Assembly: GCA_031316235.1 (NCBI GenBank)
Contig: JALDRA010000001.1
Span: forward strand, 1,530,001-1,562,000
Length of the DNA: 32,000 nucleotides
From: Candidatus Scalindua sp.
GTDB lineage: Bacteria; Planctomycetota; Brocadiia; Brocadiales; Scalinduaceae
Direction of reading: 5' to 3'
A model generated the notes under the pieces. That model did no database searches, was not told where the DNA came from, and saw only the letters and a list, made by a program, of their open reading frames with translations. Of the stretch, positions 15,339 through 24,090 are shown in pieces (the stretch's first letter is position 1; each line of letters begins with the position of its first letter). Made by a program: the position numbers and the translations under genes.

Positions 15339-18300
15339 CTATTTGAAAGATTCGATCCCACCTGCACGCTGAGAATTCAAAATTGTTCTAACACTTTGCA
15401 AGACTTCGGCCTCTGCCTCGCCAGCATCCTCTCTAATCCATTCTGATAGTTGCCTATTTATCCATCTCTTGAGTTCACTGTCATCTTGTATAGCAATAGG
15501 GATAGGATAAATCCGTGCAAACTCATGGGCAGCAATTCTATTTCTATATCCATACCTAAACCATGCTAACGAATCACGACTATTGCACCCATTTCGAATG
15601 CATAATGGTAATAAAGGCATCTCTCCTAATTGATCGCTTAAAAGGTCTGATTCCTCAAGAATAACAAGTAATGCACCAGCATAAATCGACAAGTGATGTA
15701 AGACTCTCCCTGCAAATGAGAAAATTGCAGGAATATGATTCTGCCCTTGGCTTCTTTTTCCATTTACCACATCTAGTTCTATTCCCAAGAAAACGGAAGC
15801 AATTTCAGCGTAAGTGCTTCCACTCATATACATCCAGATTAAACCGGACAACTCTGTCCACAACCCACCCCAATCATCTGGAATTTCCCATTCTACTGCA
15901 TATCCGTTTTCGCCAATGCGTTCCAGCATTTTGTCAAGGACTGTGTTCATTTTTCGTACGCTTTCAGGCATAATCTTAAGAATATCTTTGGGTGGTAGTC
16001 GCTCCATAACTTTAAGAAATAGATTTAGACAACTTTGTATATTTGTATTCTCAAACTCATCAATGTTATTATTGGAATGACCCAGGCTACACCACAACCG
16101 CCAGCATGTTAGCAAATTAATACCACCTTTCATTGTGGCCATTGGTATCCAGTCCGGCATATTATATTTTTCAACAAGGTTCTCTCCAATATCCCGAACC
16201 CTCCCAACCACTGCTTCAATATCAAGTTCTATTTGCTGTCTTTGCGCAAGATATGCACCGAGAGTATGTCTAAGCACGTCGGCATTTTGTTCTCGTTCTT
16301 TTCCAAGCTGCGCAACCAAATCGAGTTCCTCTGAACTATAGACACCAAGATCCTCGTTTGGAGACAATCTTTCAACAAATGATTTAATGGGGGAAGAAAC
16401 TTGAACGCATCTGTCCGAAACACTTAATAACCTATAACTTTGGATAACTACATCTACACCAACGTGTTCGAGCAATGGGCCAAAAAATGGATCATCTGAG
16501 ACTAATACTGCCAAACCGTGATTAGCAACCATTGCTCTCCCTGCACGGCCAAATGCATTAAGTATCGTAGCCTCAGCACCCCGAACCCCTCCTATGTTGT
16601 CTGCTTTACGGGAATCACCTAACGAAGATCCCGCAACGACGACAATATCTGCTGGCAAATTCAATCCTTGCGCAAGTGTTCGAGTAGCAAACAGAAGCCG
16701 GATAGATCTATTTCCAAAACTTCTTTCAACAGCAGCCTGTTCCGAATCCAACATTGCACTTGAATGAACCCCCACACCTTTGCGTAGTAACTCATCCACT
16801 TTTGAAGGAACACCCAATTCAGCATTGGCAAGACCAATTAATCCTTCCGTATGTTGATCTAAGACTATATCACTATTCAATTCACATTTCTCTGCACTGC
16901 TAAACACATGGTGTCTACTCGTGAGTATGAAGCACAGAACATTAAAGCCCGCGTTGTAAAACTGCTCCGAAAGCTGGCGCCCTGCAGTATTCTTCCAACT
17001 CTTAAAGTCTGCATCATCACCAAGTAGTCCTGAAGTGCCCTGCTTAGCTTTGCTCTCAAAAGTAAAAGGAACAGGAATGGACACATAGTCTTCTTCATTA
17101 CCATTTTCTTCCCAACGCAAACACATCCCTCCCAGAAGGCCCAGCGGTACATCAAACTTAACAAACTTCCTAGTAGGGGATAAAACATCAAACTGTGATC
17201 TGGCAATACTAAGAGCTTCCTCTGTTTTCTCTTGATTAACAAACAAAAGGCTCCTTAAAGTTCGACATGGTCTCCAAGGAATCTGAATTAACGGCACTTC
17301 TTGACCATCTCTTAATTTATGTAACCACTCAGTAACATCGTCACCATTTGAAACCATAGCTGACATCAGGAGAAGACGTGTTTCTGAATTCAACGTTAGA
17401 ATCTGTGCTAAACAAAGATCTAATGTAATCCCTCGATAATCGTCATTGATTGTATGAAACTCATCAACGATGCAGAGCCGACAATTTTCAAATATGTTTG
17501 GATTAATGCGAAACGCCATGGCACATTTTTCTGGAGTCATAACAGCAACAGACATCTCAGGCGGTGTTTCGAGGTGCTCTCCTGCCAAACTCGTATACTC
17601 TTGCCCTCCAACAAAAGATAGTATCTGTATCCCATGAAACAACTTAAAAGCAATTTGTAAATCACGTTGCACCTGATTTACCAGAGCATTGGTTGGAGCC
17701 AGATATAATACCCAGCCATTCTGCATGGCCTGACTACAAGCCAACTCTGCAATAAAGCTCTTCCCGCTCCCGGTAGGAACGACCACAATTGCGTCAGCTT
17801 TCGGTCCGGGAAAGGTGTCTTCTACATATTCTTTTGCAGATGGCCACAGAAAAGGACGCTGTGTTGCACGTGAGGCCAAATAACGTTCATATTCTACTGA
17901 CCCCATTTGTCGCGTCTTAATTCCTTGACCAAGTGTTGCACGTGAGGCCAAATAACGTTCATATTCTACTCTCCTATCTCCCTGCATTTCTGGACGTGGT
18001 AAATTATGCATTAAGGAGAGAGGCTTACTTGAATGAACGACATGAATTAGCAAGGTACATAGATGTAACAAATCAGAGAATGGTACAGCGGTGAAAGTTT
18101 TCGTAGCTGGTCGTAATTTCTGAGATAATTGTTTGAGTTCTTCTTCTATATTAACCGTCACCACACTTCCAGTCAACCACCTACAATAGAATTTTACAAG
18201 GTCAGCTAAACGAACCATAGCTGCAATTCGTGCAGCAACTAAAGAATTATATTGGTCATAATTAATGCTGAGAGCATTCTGAATGTTGTCAAGTTTACCC

Positions 18301-18821
18301 GTAGCAAGCGCACAGATTACATTTTGAAGATAGGAAATAATTTCAATATCTCGCTGATCATGATCATATGTTTCCAGAAATAACTGACCTTTTACTTCAT
18401 TTACAGAGCAATGAGCATTTATCTGATATTCACTCGCCAAATACAGCAAAGCGCTTTCAATTCGAGCATAAGCCATATCCACACCCACATTACCATCGTC
18501 CCGAACTGCTTTCGCAAAACTGCACCATAGGTCAATAGCTTCTGCTGCTATGAATGCATGGGAGCGCATACGTTTTAAAGCGTCCTCATCGTGACCCTCT
18601 GATTCATTAAACAAATATTGTTCCATGGCATTGGCTAAGCGTCGAAGATAATCACAAGCCTTCTCTATGGACTCCTTAGATTCCCCAAGTTCTGAACCAT
18701 TCAGTCTTAATTGAATCAAGGCAAAGTAAAGACGCGACAACCGTCTCCGACACTCCTTCCAATCAGTGTCATCCAGTTCCGGCAGTTGCTTCAAACAATC
18801 CTCTGCAAATTCATCATACAT
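15339..18821 (-). CDS. Large SF2 helicase, Ski2/Hel308-like core with long N- and C-terminal extensions; HamB-like candidate
   Basis: Motif I VVVPTGSGKS, Ia LAPTNALVNQ, Ic MTPEK, II IVDEFH (17454-17471), III SAM, V FATRTLAQGLNLPA and VI FGRAGR (16536-16553). The core spans about aa 335-790. The start overlaps the upstream gene by 8 nt (ATGTATGA), and GAGGAG lies 10 nt upstream. Confidence 0.85.
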   Translation of the reverse strand: MYDEFAEDCLKQLPELDDTDWKECRRRLSRLYFALIQLRLNGSELGESKESIEKACDYLRRLANAMEQYLFNESEGHDEDALKRMRSHAFIAAEAIDLWCSFAKAVRDDGNVGVDMAYARIESALLYLASEYQINAHCSVNEVKGQLFLETYDHDQRDIEIISYLQNVICALATGKLDNIQNALSINYDQYNSLVAARIAAMVRLADLVKFYCRWLTGSVVTVNIEEELKQLSQKLRPATKTFTAVPFSDLLHLCTLLIHVVHSSKPLSLMHNLPRPEMQGDRRVEYERYLASRATLGQGIKTRQMGSVEYERYLASRATQRPFLWPSAKEYVEDTFPGPKADAIVVVPTGSGKSFIAELACSQAMQNGWVLYLAPTNALVNQVQRDLQIAFKLFHGIQILSFVGGQEYTSLAGEHLETPPEMSVAVMTPEKCAMAFRINPNIFENCRLCIVDEFHTINDDYRGITLDLCLAQILTLNSETRLLLMSAMVSNGDDVTEWLHKLRDGQEVPLIQIPWRPCRTLRSLLFVNQEKTEEALSIARSQFDVLSPTRKFVKFDVPLGLLGGMCLRWEENGNEEDYVSIPVPFTFESKAKQGTSGLLGDDADFKSWKNTAGRQLSEQFYNAGFNVLCFILTSRHHVFSSAEKCELNSDIVLDQHTEGLIGLANAELGVPSKVDELLRKGVGVHSSAMLDSEQAAVERSFGNRSIRLLFATRTLAQGLNLPADIVVVAGSSLGDSRKADNIGGVRGAEATILNAFGRAGRAMVANHGLAVLVSDDPFFGPLLEHVGVDVVIQSYRLLSVSDRCVQVSSPIKSFVERLSPNEDLGVYSSEELDLVAQLGKEREQNADVLRHTLGAYLAQRQQIELDIEAVVGRVRDIGENLVEKYNMPDWIPMATMKGGINLLTCWRLWCSLGHSNNNIDEFENTNIQSCLNLFLKVMERLPPKDILKIMPESVRKMNTVLDKMLERIGENGYAVEWEIPDDWGGLWTELSGLIWMYMSGSTYAEIASVFLGIELDVVNGKRSQGQNHIPAIFSFAGRVLHHLSIYAGALLVILEESDLLSDQLGEMPLLPLCIRNGCNSRDSLAWFRYGYRNRIAAHEFARIYPIPIAIQDDSELKRWINRQLSEWIREDAGEAEAEVLQSVRTILNSQRAGGIESFK
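17861..17970 (-). repeat. Perfect 38-bp direct repeat (17861-17898 and 17933-17970) spaced 72 bp apart, in frame, inside the helicase gene
   Basis: GTGTTGCACGTGAGGCCAAATAACGTTCATATTCTACT occurs twice. It encodes VEYERYLASRAT twice, separated by LGQGIKTRQMGS, just N-terminal of motif I. Confidence 0.9.
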
Positions 18822-19692
18822 TGTCCACTAACTCCTCAGCTTTGATCCGCATAAAGCTTGATATCTCATCAAAAAATGCATCGAAATCATCTACAGCATG
18901 TGGCATAACCACCACCGGTGCTGTAAGATCATTAAAAGCTGTTCTTGGCCGCCCCCATTGTACAGTGACACCATTTGCTTCATAATGTGGATTAGGGATG
19001 AGAGTTCTTTCATTCTTCCATAAGGATAACGAAAGTTGCTGTTTATATGGTTTCTCGATGACTGAATTAAATGACGTAATTACTTGCCGAAGTCGTGTGT
19101 CGTGCACTCCCGCTTCTATAGATTCGAACATTATAACAGCTTTACTAATGGCTTCATTTGGATTGTTTCGATATGCTTTTGTTTCAACAAAAGACATTCC
19201 CAAGATTCCATCATCTCTTACATATAATGCGGTCACATCTAGCCCGTGGTCCTTTGGAGAGACATTAGGAAGATCGAGAGCAATAATAGTTCCTTGTGTA
19301 TGAAATTCAGGGCATTTCATCGCAATATGCATGCAACAATGCCAAATACCTTCAGCAATCCATGCATTCCGCCACTTTGATTTCCAGTCCTGTTGACTTT
19401 CTTTAGAGTCAGTGGATTGTTCAATAATCTCATTAACAGACCGCAAAATACCATATGCATAATCAGGGGTAGAGCCGATCAAATCAGAACAAATGCTACC
19501 AGCCTGATCGATGACACCAGCTCTTAATGACACTAGGTATACAGCCAAAGCATCAATAGTTTCCTCGCGTTGCCACCCAGTTACCTCTACAACAGTATGA
19601 GTCTCTGCATAAATATTGCTTACGACCAATGAATCCTTAAGAACGGATAGTGACTCGTTTATTTTACTCTTGAGTATTTCAGACAAGACCAT
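18814..19692 (-). CDS. PD-(D/E)xK-like putative nuclease, HamA (DUF1837)-like candidate
   Basis: The 292-aa protein has HGLD152VTALYV...GMSFVE170TK172AY, which gives D-x17-E-x-K in a strand-strand context. It is translationally coupled to the helicase. The family assignment is by architecture and motif only. Confidence 0.6.
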   Translation of the reverse strand: MVLSEILKSKINESLSVLKDSLVVSNIYAETHTVVEVTGWQREETIDALAVYLVSLRAGVIDQAGSICSDLIGSTPDYAYGILRSVNEIIEQSTDSKESQQDWKSKWRNAWIAEGIWHCCMHIAMKCPEFHTQGTIIALDLPNVSPKDHGLDVTALYVRDDGILGMSFVETKAYRNNPNEAISKAVIMFESIEAGVHDTRLRQVITSFNSVIEKPYKQQLSLSLWKNERTLIPNPHYEANGVTVQWGRPRTAFNDLTAPVVVMPHAVDDFDAFFDEISSFMRIKAEELVDNV

Positions 19693-19828
19693 AAGTATAT
19701 TCCGCTGAATTTTGGTTTAAATGGTTAAGTCATAATATTATCGAAAGGATCAGGTATATTACATCTTTACACATTCGCGATTCTTGTTAATAGTACTTTT
19801 AATGGGAACAATCGACGATGCCATACTA

Positions 19829-20071
19829 TCAATCAACAACACACAAAGCAAAATATGGTACTATGTTAAATACAAATATAGCAATCTTAAGATACATCAT
19901 TCCCGCATAGTGAAGAGTATCGAACTTATCAACCGGTATTTTGAACCATTTACAATGGATCCGATACACCCAATCGTGAGCAAACAGAATAAACAGGAAC
20001 CAGTAAAGCAGCAATCCCATGTTTATTACGGAACACCATCCCAGAAAAGAACGTATAATTTCAATAGTCAT
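19829..20071 (-). CDS. Small (80 aa) two-TM membrane protein, conserved-looking, function unknown
   Basis: A strong SD (AAGGAGG) lies 9 nt upstream of the ATG. The sequence is LLLYWFLFILFAHDWVYRIHCKWFKIPVDKFDTLHYAGMMYLKIAIFVFNIVPYFAL. From memory it resembles a widespread DUF-type small membrane family; this is unverified. Confidence 0.65.
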   Translation of the reverse strand: MTIEIIRSFLGWCSVINMGLLLYWFLFILFAHDWVYRIHCKWFKIPVDKFDTLHYAGMMYLKIAIFVFNIVPYFALCVVD

Positions 20072-20095
20072 TTTTTATTGCCTCCTTACTGTTCC

Positions 20096-20299
20096 TCAAT
20101 CAATAACCATAAAACATTTTTCCATAAGAAATGCCTGAAGTTTATTAATAATGTTCTTTACAAGAGTCGATTCCTTAAAATTATATTCACGAACATTGGG
20201 ACTGTTAATGCACATAATGAGATGGATATGAGTCCAACTCAATTCTCTACATGGTGTGTAGAGTTTTTCACTACTTGGAAATACATTGTGAGTTTCCAA
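20096..20299 (-). pseudogene. Possible fragment of a YhcG/DUF1016-type (PDDEXK-associated) gene
   Basis: ELSWTHIHLIMCINSPNVREYNFKES resembles the LSWSH...L......R.FY..EA segment of DUF1016 N-terminal regions. Only 67 codons remain and there is no SD. This is a weak call. Confidence 0.25.
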
Positions 20300-20763
20300 G
20301 TAGTGGATTGTTTTCGGTAAATCTAAACTGCAGTTGAGTCGTTTATGGGTATTTCATCCCACGTAACACCATCAAGAATTCTCTGTTTCACTGTGGTCTA
20401 TTGAATTTCATTATAAAAGAGGGCAGATGTTTTACAAACTAAAAGATTATTCACTACAAAAACCAGATCGAGAAGGAGAGATATTGCAAATTATGAATTA
20501 CAATTTCAGCCCGCCCTGGTGCTACTCGCCCTGCAGTCTGGTCTCGGAATTTATGATTTGAAAATAACGAATGATTCATTTTGTCAACTGGTTGCTTAAG
20601 GCTCAAAAAAAAACAACTTGCTAATTTTTCCTGGGCCCTTAGTTTGCCAGTCCAAAATTCTTTCTTGCGGGAATGTTGACCTATTGGGGACATGATTGAA
20701 ACTATTTGAAATGCACATGCCCCGATCAGTTTTTTTATACAAAATATTGTATATGTTTATCAT

Positions 20764-22836
20764 CTAAACTTTATTGTGACACAGCCTGCTTGATTGAGGA
20801 ACCTCGATGTCTTCTGGCTCTCTCCCTTCATGATACAAGAACACCATTTTTTTATATGCCGTTTCCAGACATCGGACAAAAGAGTGAGTGTCAAACAGGG
20901 GAGAGGTTGTACGATTTTCCGCCAACCTGCTCCGTACACCATCACGTTTCGCCGGTGAAGACGCTAACCCTATAGCAAGGTTCTCATATTCTGACAGGTC
21001 TTTTGCTACGAGTTCCGGCAGCCCAACTGCATGAAGCATACTTGAACCGACCCTGGAAGCAAAATGCCCCCCTTCCAGCGTGATTACCGGAACTCCCGCC
21101 CATAACGCATCACTACCCGTAGCATGTCCATTATAAATGCGTGTATCCAGCATGAGATCTGCAAGACGCAATCGCGCGAGATGATCTTCTTTTGTGTCAA
21201 CTTTATCTGTAAAGAGCAGGCGGTCAGGGTCTATGTTTTTTTTCACCGCCTCTTCCCTGAGATTTTTCTCCGCAACGGAATTACTTCGGGACAACCACAA
21301 TACACTGCCGGGTACGTGTGCTAAAATACGCATCCATACACCGAAGAGAACCGGCTCTATTTTGTACATACTATTAAGGGAACAAAACACTATTGCGTTT
21401 TCAGGCAGGTCAAAATCTCTTCTCCTGAAATGCCTTTCTGAAATTCGCTGTGCATGATCACTCACCATATAGCTATAGGGCATATATACCACTTTCTCAG
21501 AATAATGGTGGCGCAGACCATGGGGGACCAGAATCCTGTCAGCAATGATATAATCAAAGAAATCTGCACCGCTTGATCCTGCAAAGCCCAGATAATTCAC
21601 CTGGATAGGTGCCGGACGCATCGCACTGATATCGAGCCTTCCCCCTTCTGTATACACTACCAGGTCGACGAGTATGTCGACCTGATCATGAAATATTTTC
21701 TCTGCTGCTTCCCGGTCATGATAATCGCTGATATCAATGAATTGATCAGCATCTTTCATTATTTTTTCCCGGTATCTGCTGCCGTCATCTCTTCCATACG
21801 AGTAGGCAACAATCTCAAAGCAATCCCTGTCATGAAGGCTGAAAACACTTTGCATCTGGTGAGCAACGGGGTGATTATTAAAGTTGTTTGAAAGATATCC
21901 CACCTTTACCTTTTTCTTATTCAGCGTCCTCCCATCAGAAGCGAAGGGAGGAAAAATTCGGGATATCCGGCTGCTTATTTCCCTGGCCCTTGAAGATGCG
22001 ATCTTGATATTCTCTTCAGGATTTATCTTTCTTGAAACACTCATGAAAGGTGTCTCAACCGCCTTCTCTCCCCTTTCCAGATTGCTCTCTGCAATGAGAT
22101 TTAATCTTGGTTCAAATTCCTTCATCTTACACCAGCTGCAGGTTGCCTGCAGCTGCCGGAAAAGATTTACCACTGCATATTTGTCGTTCGGGTTCATCTC
22201 AAGCGCCTGCTCAAATCTCCTGATAGACTCTTCCAATTCCCCAACCGAACTTAAAGAGAGTGCAAGGTTACTGTATGATTGAGAAAAGTGTGGATCAATT
22301 TCCAGCGCACTACGAAAATTTTTAATCGCCTCTTCAAATGCTCCTGATTTGTGACATGCCTGACCCAGATTGTCATAGGCTTCAACATAACGGGAATTGA
22401 TTGCCAGTGCCCTGCGATACCGGAATATCGCCTCATGCAACCTGTTCTGTTCAAAGAGCACAACACCCAGACCATTCTGGGCACACATATTATTCTGATC
22501 AAATTTCAGGGCCTGTTGATAAGCACGGGTCGCATATCCAGGCATTCTCTTTATTCTATAGACATTGGCAAGGTTATTATAATATAAGGAACTTTCCGGT
22601 TTGATTGATATCGCTTTTGTAATCAATTCTAATGAAGTGTCATATTTACCAAGCTGAGAGCAGACGACTCCCAGCAAATTGAGCGCATCAGGATTTTGAG
22701 GATTCTCTCTTAAAATCCGCTGAAAGATAAGAGCTGCATTATCTAAATCACCCACCTGAAGGCAGGAAACACCTCTCTTCAATAATGCCACCTGTCTCTT
22801 CGTACTATATTTTTTTCTGAGAAACCTGGTTTTCAT
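20764..22836 (-). CDS. TPR-repeat protein fused to an O-GlcNAc-transferase-like (GT41/SPINDLY-type) glycosyltransferase domain
   Basis: The N-terminal ~230 aa form tandem TPRs (e.g. AIFRYRRALAINSRYVEAYDNLGQACHKSG). The C-terminal half shows VGYLSNNFNNHPV, NYLGFAGSSGADFFDYIIAD, TRIYNGHATGSDALWAGVPVITL.G..FASRV. Confidence 0.85.
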   Translation of the reverse strand: MKTRFLRKKYSTKRQVALLKRGVSCLQVGDLDNAALIFQRILRENPQNPDALNLLGVVCSQLGKYDTSLELITKAISIKPESSLYYNNLANVYRIKRMPGYATRAYQQALKFDQNNMCAQNGLGVVLFEQNRLHEAIFRYRRALAINSRYVEAYDNLGQACHKSGAFEEAIKNFRSALEIDPHFSQSYSNLALSLSSVGELEESIRRFEQALEMNPNDKYAVVNLFRQLQATCSWCKMKEFEPRLNLIAESNLERGEKAVETPFMSVSRKINPEENIKIASSRAREISSRISRIFPPFASDGRTLNKKKVKVGYLSNNFNNHPVAHQMQSVFSLHDRDCFEIVAYSYGRDDGSRYREKIMKDADQFIDISDYHDREAAEKIFHDQVDILVDLVVYTEGGRLDISAMRPAPIQVNYLGFAGSSGADFFDYIIADRILVPHGLRHHYSEKVVYMPYSYMVSDHAQRISERHFRRRDFDLPENAIVFCSLNSMYKIEPVLFGVWMRILAHVPGSVLWLSRSNSVAEKNLREEAVKKNIDPDRLLFTDKVDTKEDHLARLRLADLMLDTRIYNGHATGSDALWAGVPVITLEGGHFASRVGSSMLHAVGLPELVAKDLSEYENLAIGLASSPAKRDGVRSRLAENRTTSPLFDTHSFVRCLETAYKKMVFLYHEGREPEDIEVPQSSRLCHNKV

Positions 22837-23190
22837 GTCACATTCGCTTTCCCTGATTGATTTCTTCTCATCTGTTTGCCCTTATCAGAAAACTTCCAGC
22901 ACCAGAACTAATCAGCTAACCCTATACCAAATTTGCAAAAAAAATGCTTACCGCATAAAATTCCAGAAGCAACAACCAGGGAAACACTTATGTAACGGAT
23001 TTCATGGTAAGAAGTAAAGTCATTGATCGGATCGCTTTCCATACATTGCTGTATTGTATAAATATACATCGGGTTACGCACATCCTGCCATCCTGAATGA
23101 AGGAAGTCCGACAGGGTCCGGAAAGGTGTTTTTCCAAACAGACAACATGTTATCCTCTGATTTACCTGCAGTTGCCGACAATCGCTCAAT

Positions 23191-23595
23191 TTATTTTTTG
23201 CCAATCATCTCATACTCCTGATAGAGTGACTCTTCTTCGTGCGTTATTCGTGCATTAAGGGCAGCAAAAAGACTTTCAAAATTTATCGAAAAATCTTTGC
23301 CGGTACCTCCTTCAGAATATGTATCAAAAAATTCTGCCACAACCCTGGAAACGTACTCAGGATCCATTGCAAACAAATCTAATTCCCTTTTCAGATTTTT
23401 ATTATGCTCTGCCTCTTTTCTGAGAGCTGGATATAGTTGTTCGTCCTCATGTTTCAGATGCTCAAGCAAAACCCCTTTCAGACTCAAGAGTTTGGCCTGT
23501 CCCTCCTTTGAATGAATACCAATTTTCTTAACCTCTCTGAGCAAGGCAATGATTTCGCAATGCTCCCTCTTAAATCGTTCAATAATTTCTGACAT
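23191..23595 (-). CDS. Hemerythrin-like (HHE cation-binding) domain protein
   Basis: A 134-aa helical protein with H/E ligand spacing: KREHCEI, LEHLKHEDEQLYPAL, ITHEEESLY. Confidence 0.7.
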   Translation of the reverse strand: MSEIIERFKREHCEIIALLREVKKIGIHSKEGQAKLLSLKGVLLEHLKHEDEQLYPALRKEAEHNKNLKRELDLFAMDPEYVSRVVAEFFDTYSEGGTGKDFSINFESLFAALNARITHEEESLYQEYEMIGKK

Positions 23596-24017
23596 TTTAT
23601 TCTCCTCTATTTCCCGTCTCCTGTTGTTTCGTACGGTTTTATAGCAACAGTTCCTAGAAGTTCTCCCATTGGTATCACTTTTAATACATGTGCAGCATTA
23701 TAGCAAGAAATTTTGTTTGAAAATTTCTGCATACCGGCAGTGTACCATGCCGGCAAGGGTTACTTACTGTTGCAGAAACACCCCCACCTGCGTGGGGAAG
23801 ACCTTTCACCTGATTGTCTTTGTTCCTCCCGTGATATCTATATCGGATTTTGTAAGTTTAGTCACCCGAATTGATAATATGCGGCAGGATGTACCGCTCA
23901 TAAAGACCCATTTTTTATCCTGCTGACGAAAGCAATAGTACTGAATTAAGGAACTCGTCTCCTTTGCCCTCTTTCTTTTTACCCTCTCTCCTCAGTAAAA
24001 ATCGAGTCAATATTGTA

Positions 24018-24050
24018 ACGATACTGAAACCAAATCGGTTTCAGTATCGT
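24018..24050. repeat. Isolated 14-bp-stem hairpin related to the 5' module of family A (ACGATACTGAAACCaaatcGGTTTCAGTATCGT)
   Basis: The core TACTGAAACCAAATCGGTTT matches the reverse complement of the A-element 5' end TACTAAAACCGATTTGGTTT. It lies 41 nt downstream of the stop of the 24091-25839 gene (minus strand). Confidence 0.55.
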
Positions 24051-24090
24051 AAATTCCGGCCAGGTTCCGGTTCGACCAGGTCGTGTTCTC

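Noticed and set aside
15671-17242. Antisense or alternative-frame ORFs inside the helicase gene (15671..15973+, 15814..16080+, 16135..16341+, 16229..16423-, 16877..17242-). Similar shadow ORFs occur inside the por, OGT, PFK, metK and secA genes.
   Set aside because: They lie entirely within long ORFs that carry clear motifs in another frame or strand. They have low-complexity composition and no SD. They are typical shadow ORFs.
20706-20763. The hairpin ATACAAaataTTGTAT next to a T-run just past the TPR-GT41 stop, considered as an intrinsic terminator.
   Set aside because: On the minus (coding) strand the stem is followed by an A-run, not a U-run. The stem is only 6 AT-rich base pairs. The geometry is wrong for a terminator of that gene.
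22908-23204. A 98-aa minus-strand ORF between the hemerythrin and TPR-GT41 genes.
   Set aside because: It overlaps the hemerythrin 3' end by 14 nt. It has no SD, no recognisable motifs and an odd composition. Coding evidence is insufficient, though a small real protein cannot be excluded.
23706-23728. A perfect 9-bp AT-rich palindrome, AGAAATTTT-gtttg-AAAATTTCT, about 115 nt upstream of the hemerythrin gene, considered as a possible operator.
   Set aside because: In AT-rich intergenic DNA, one such 9-bp inverted repeat per ~30 kb is roughly what chance predicts. There is no second copy or adjacent regulator to support it.
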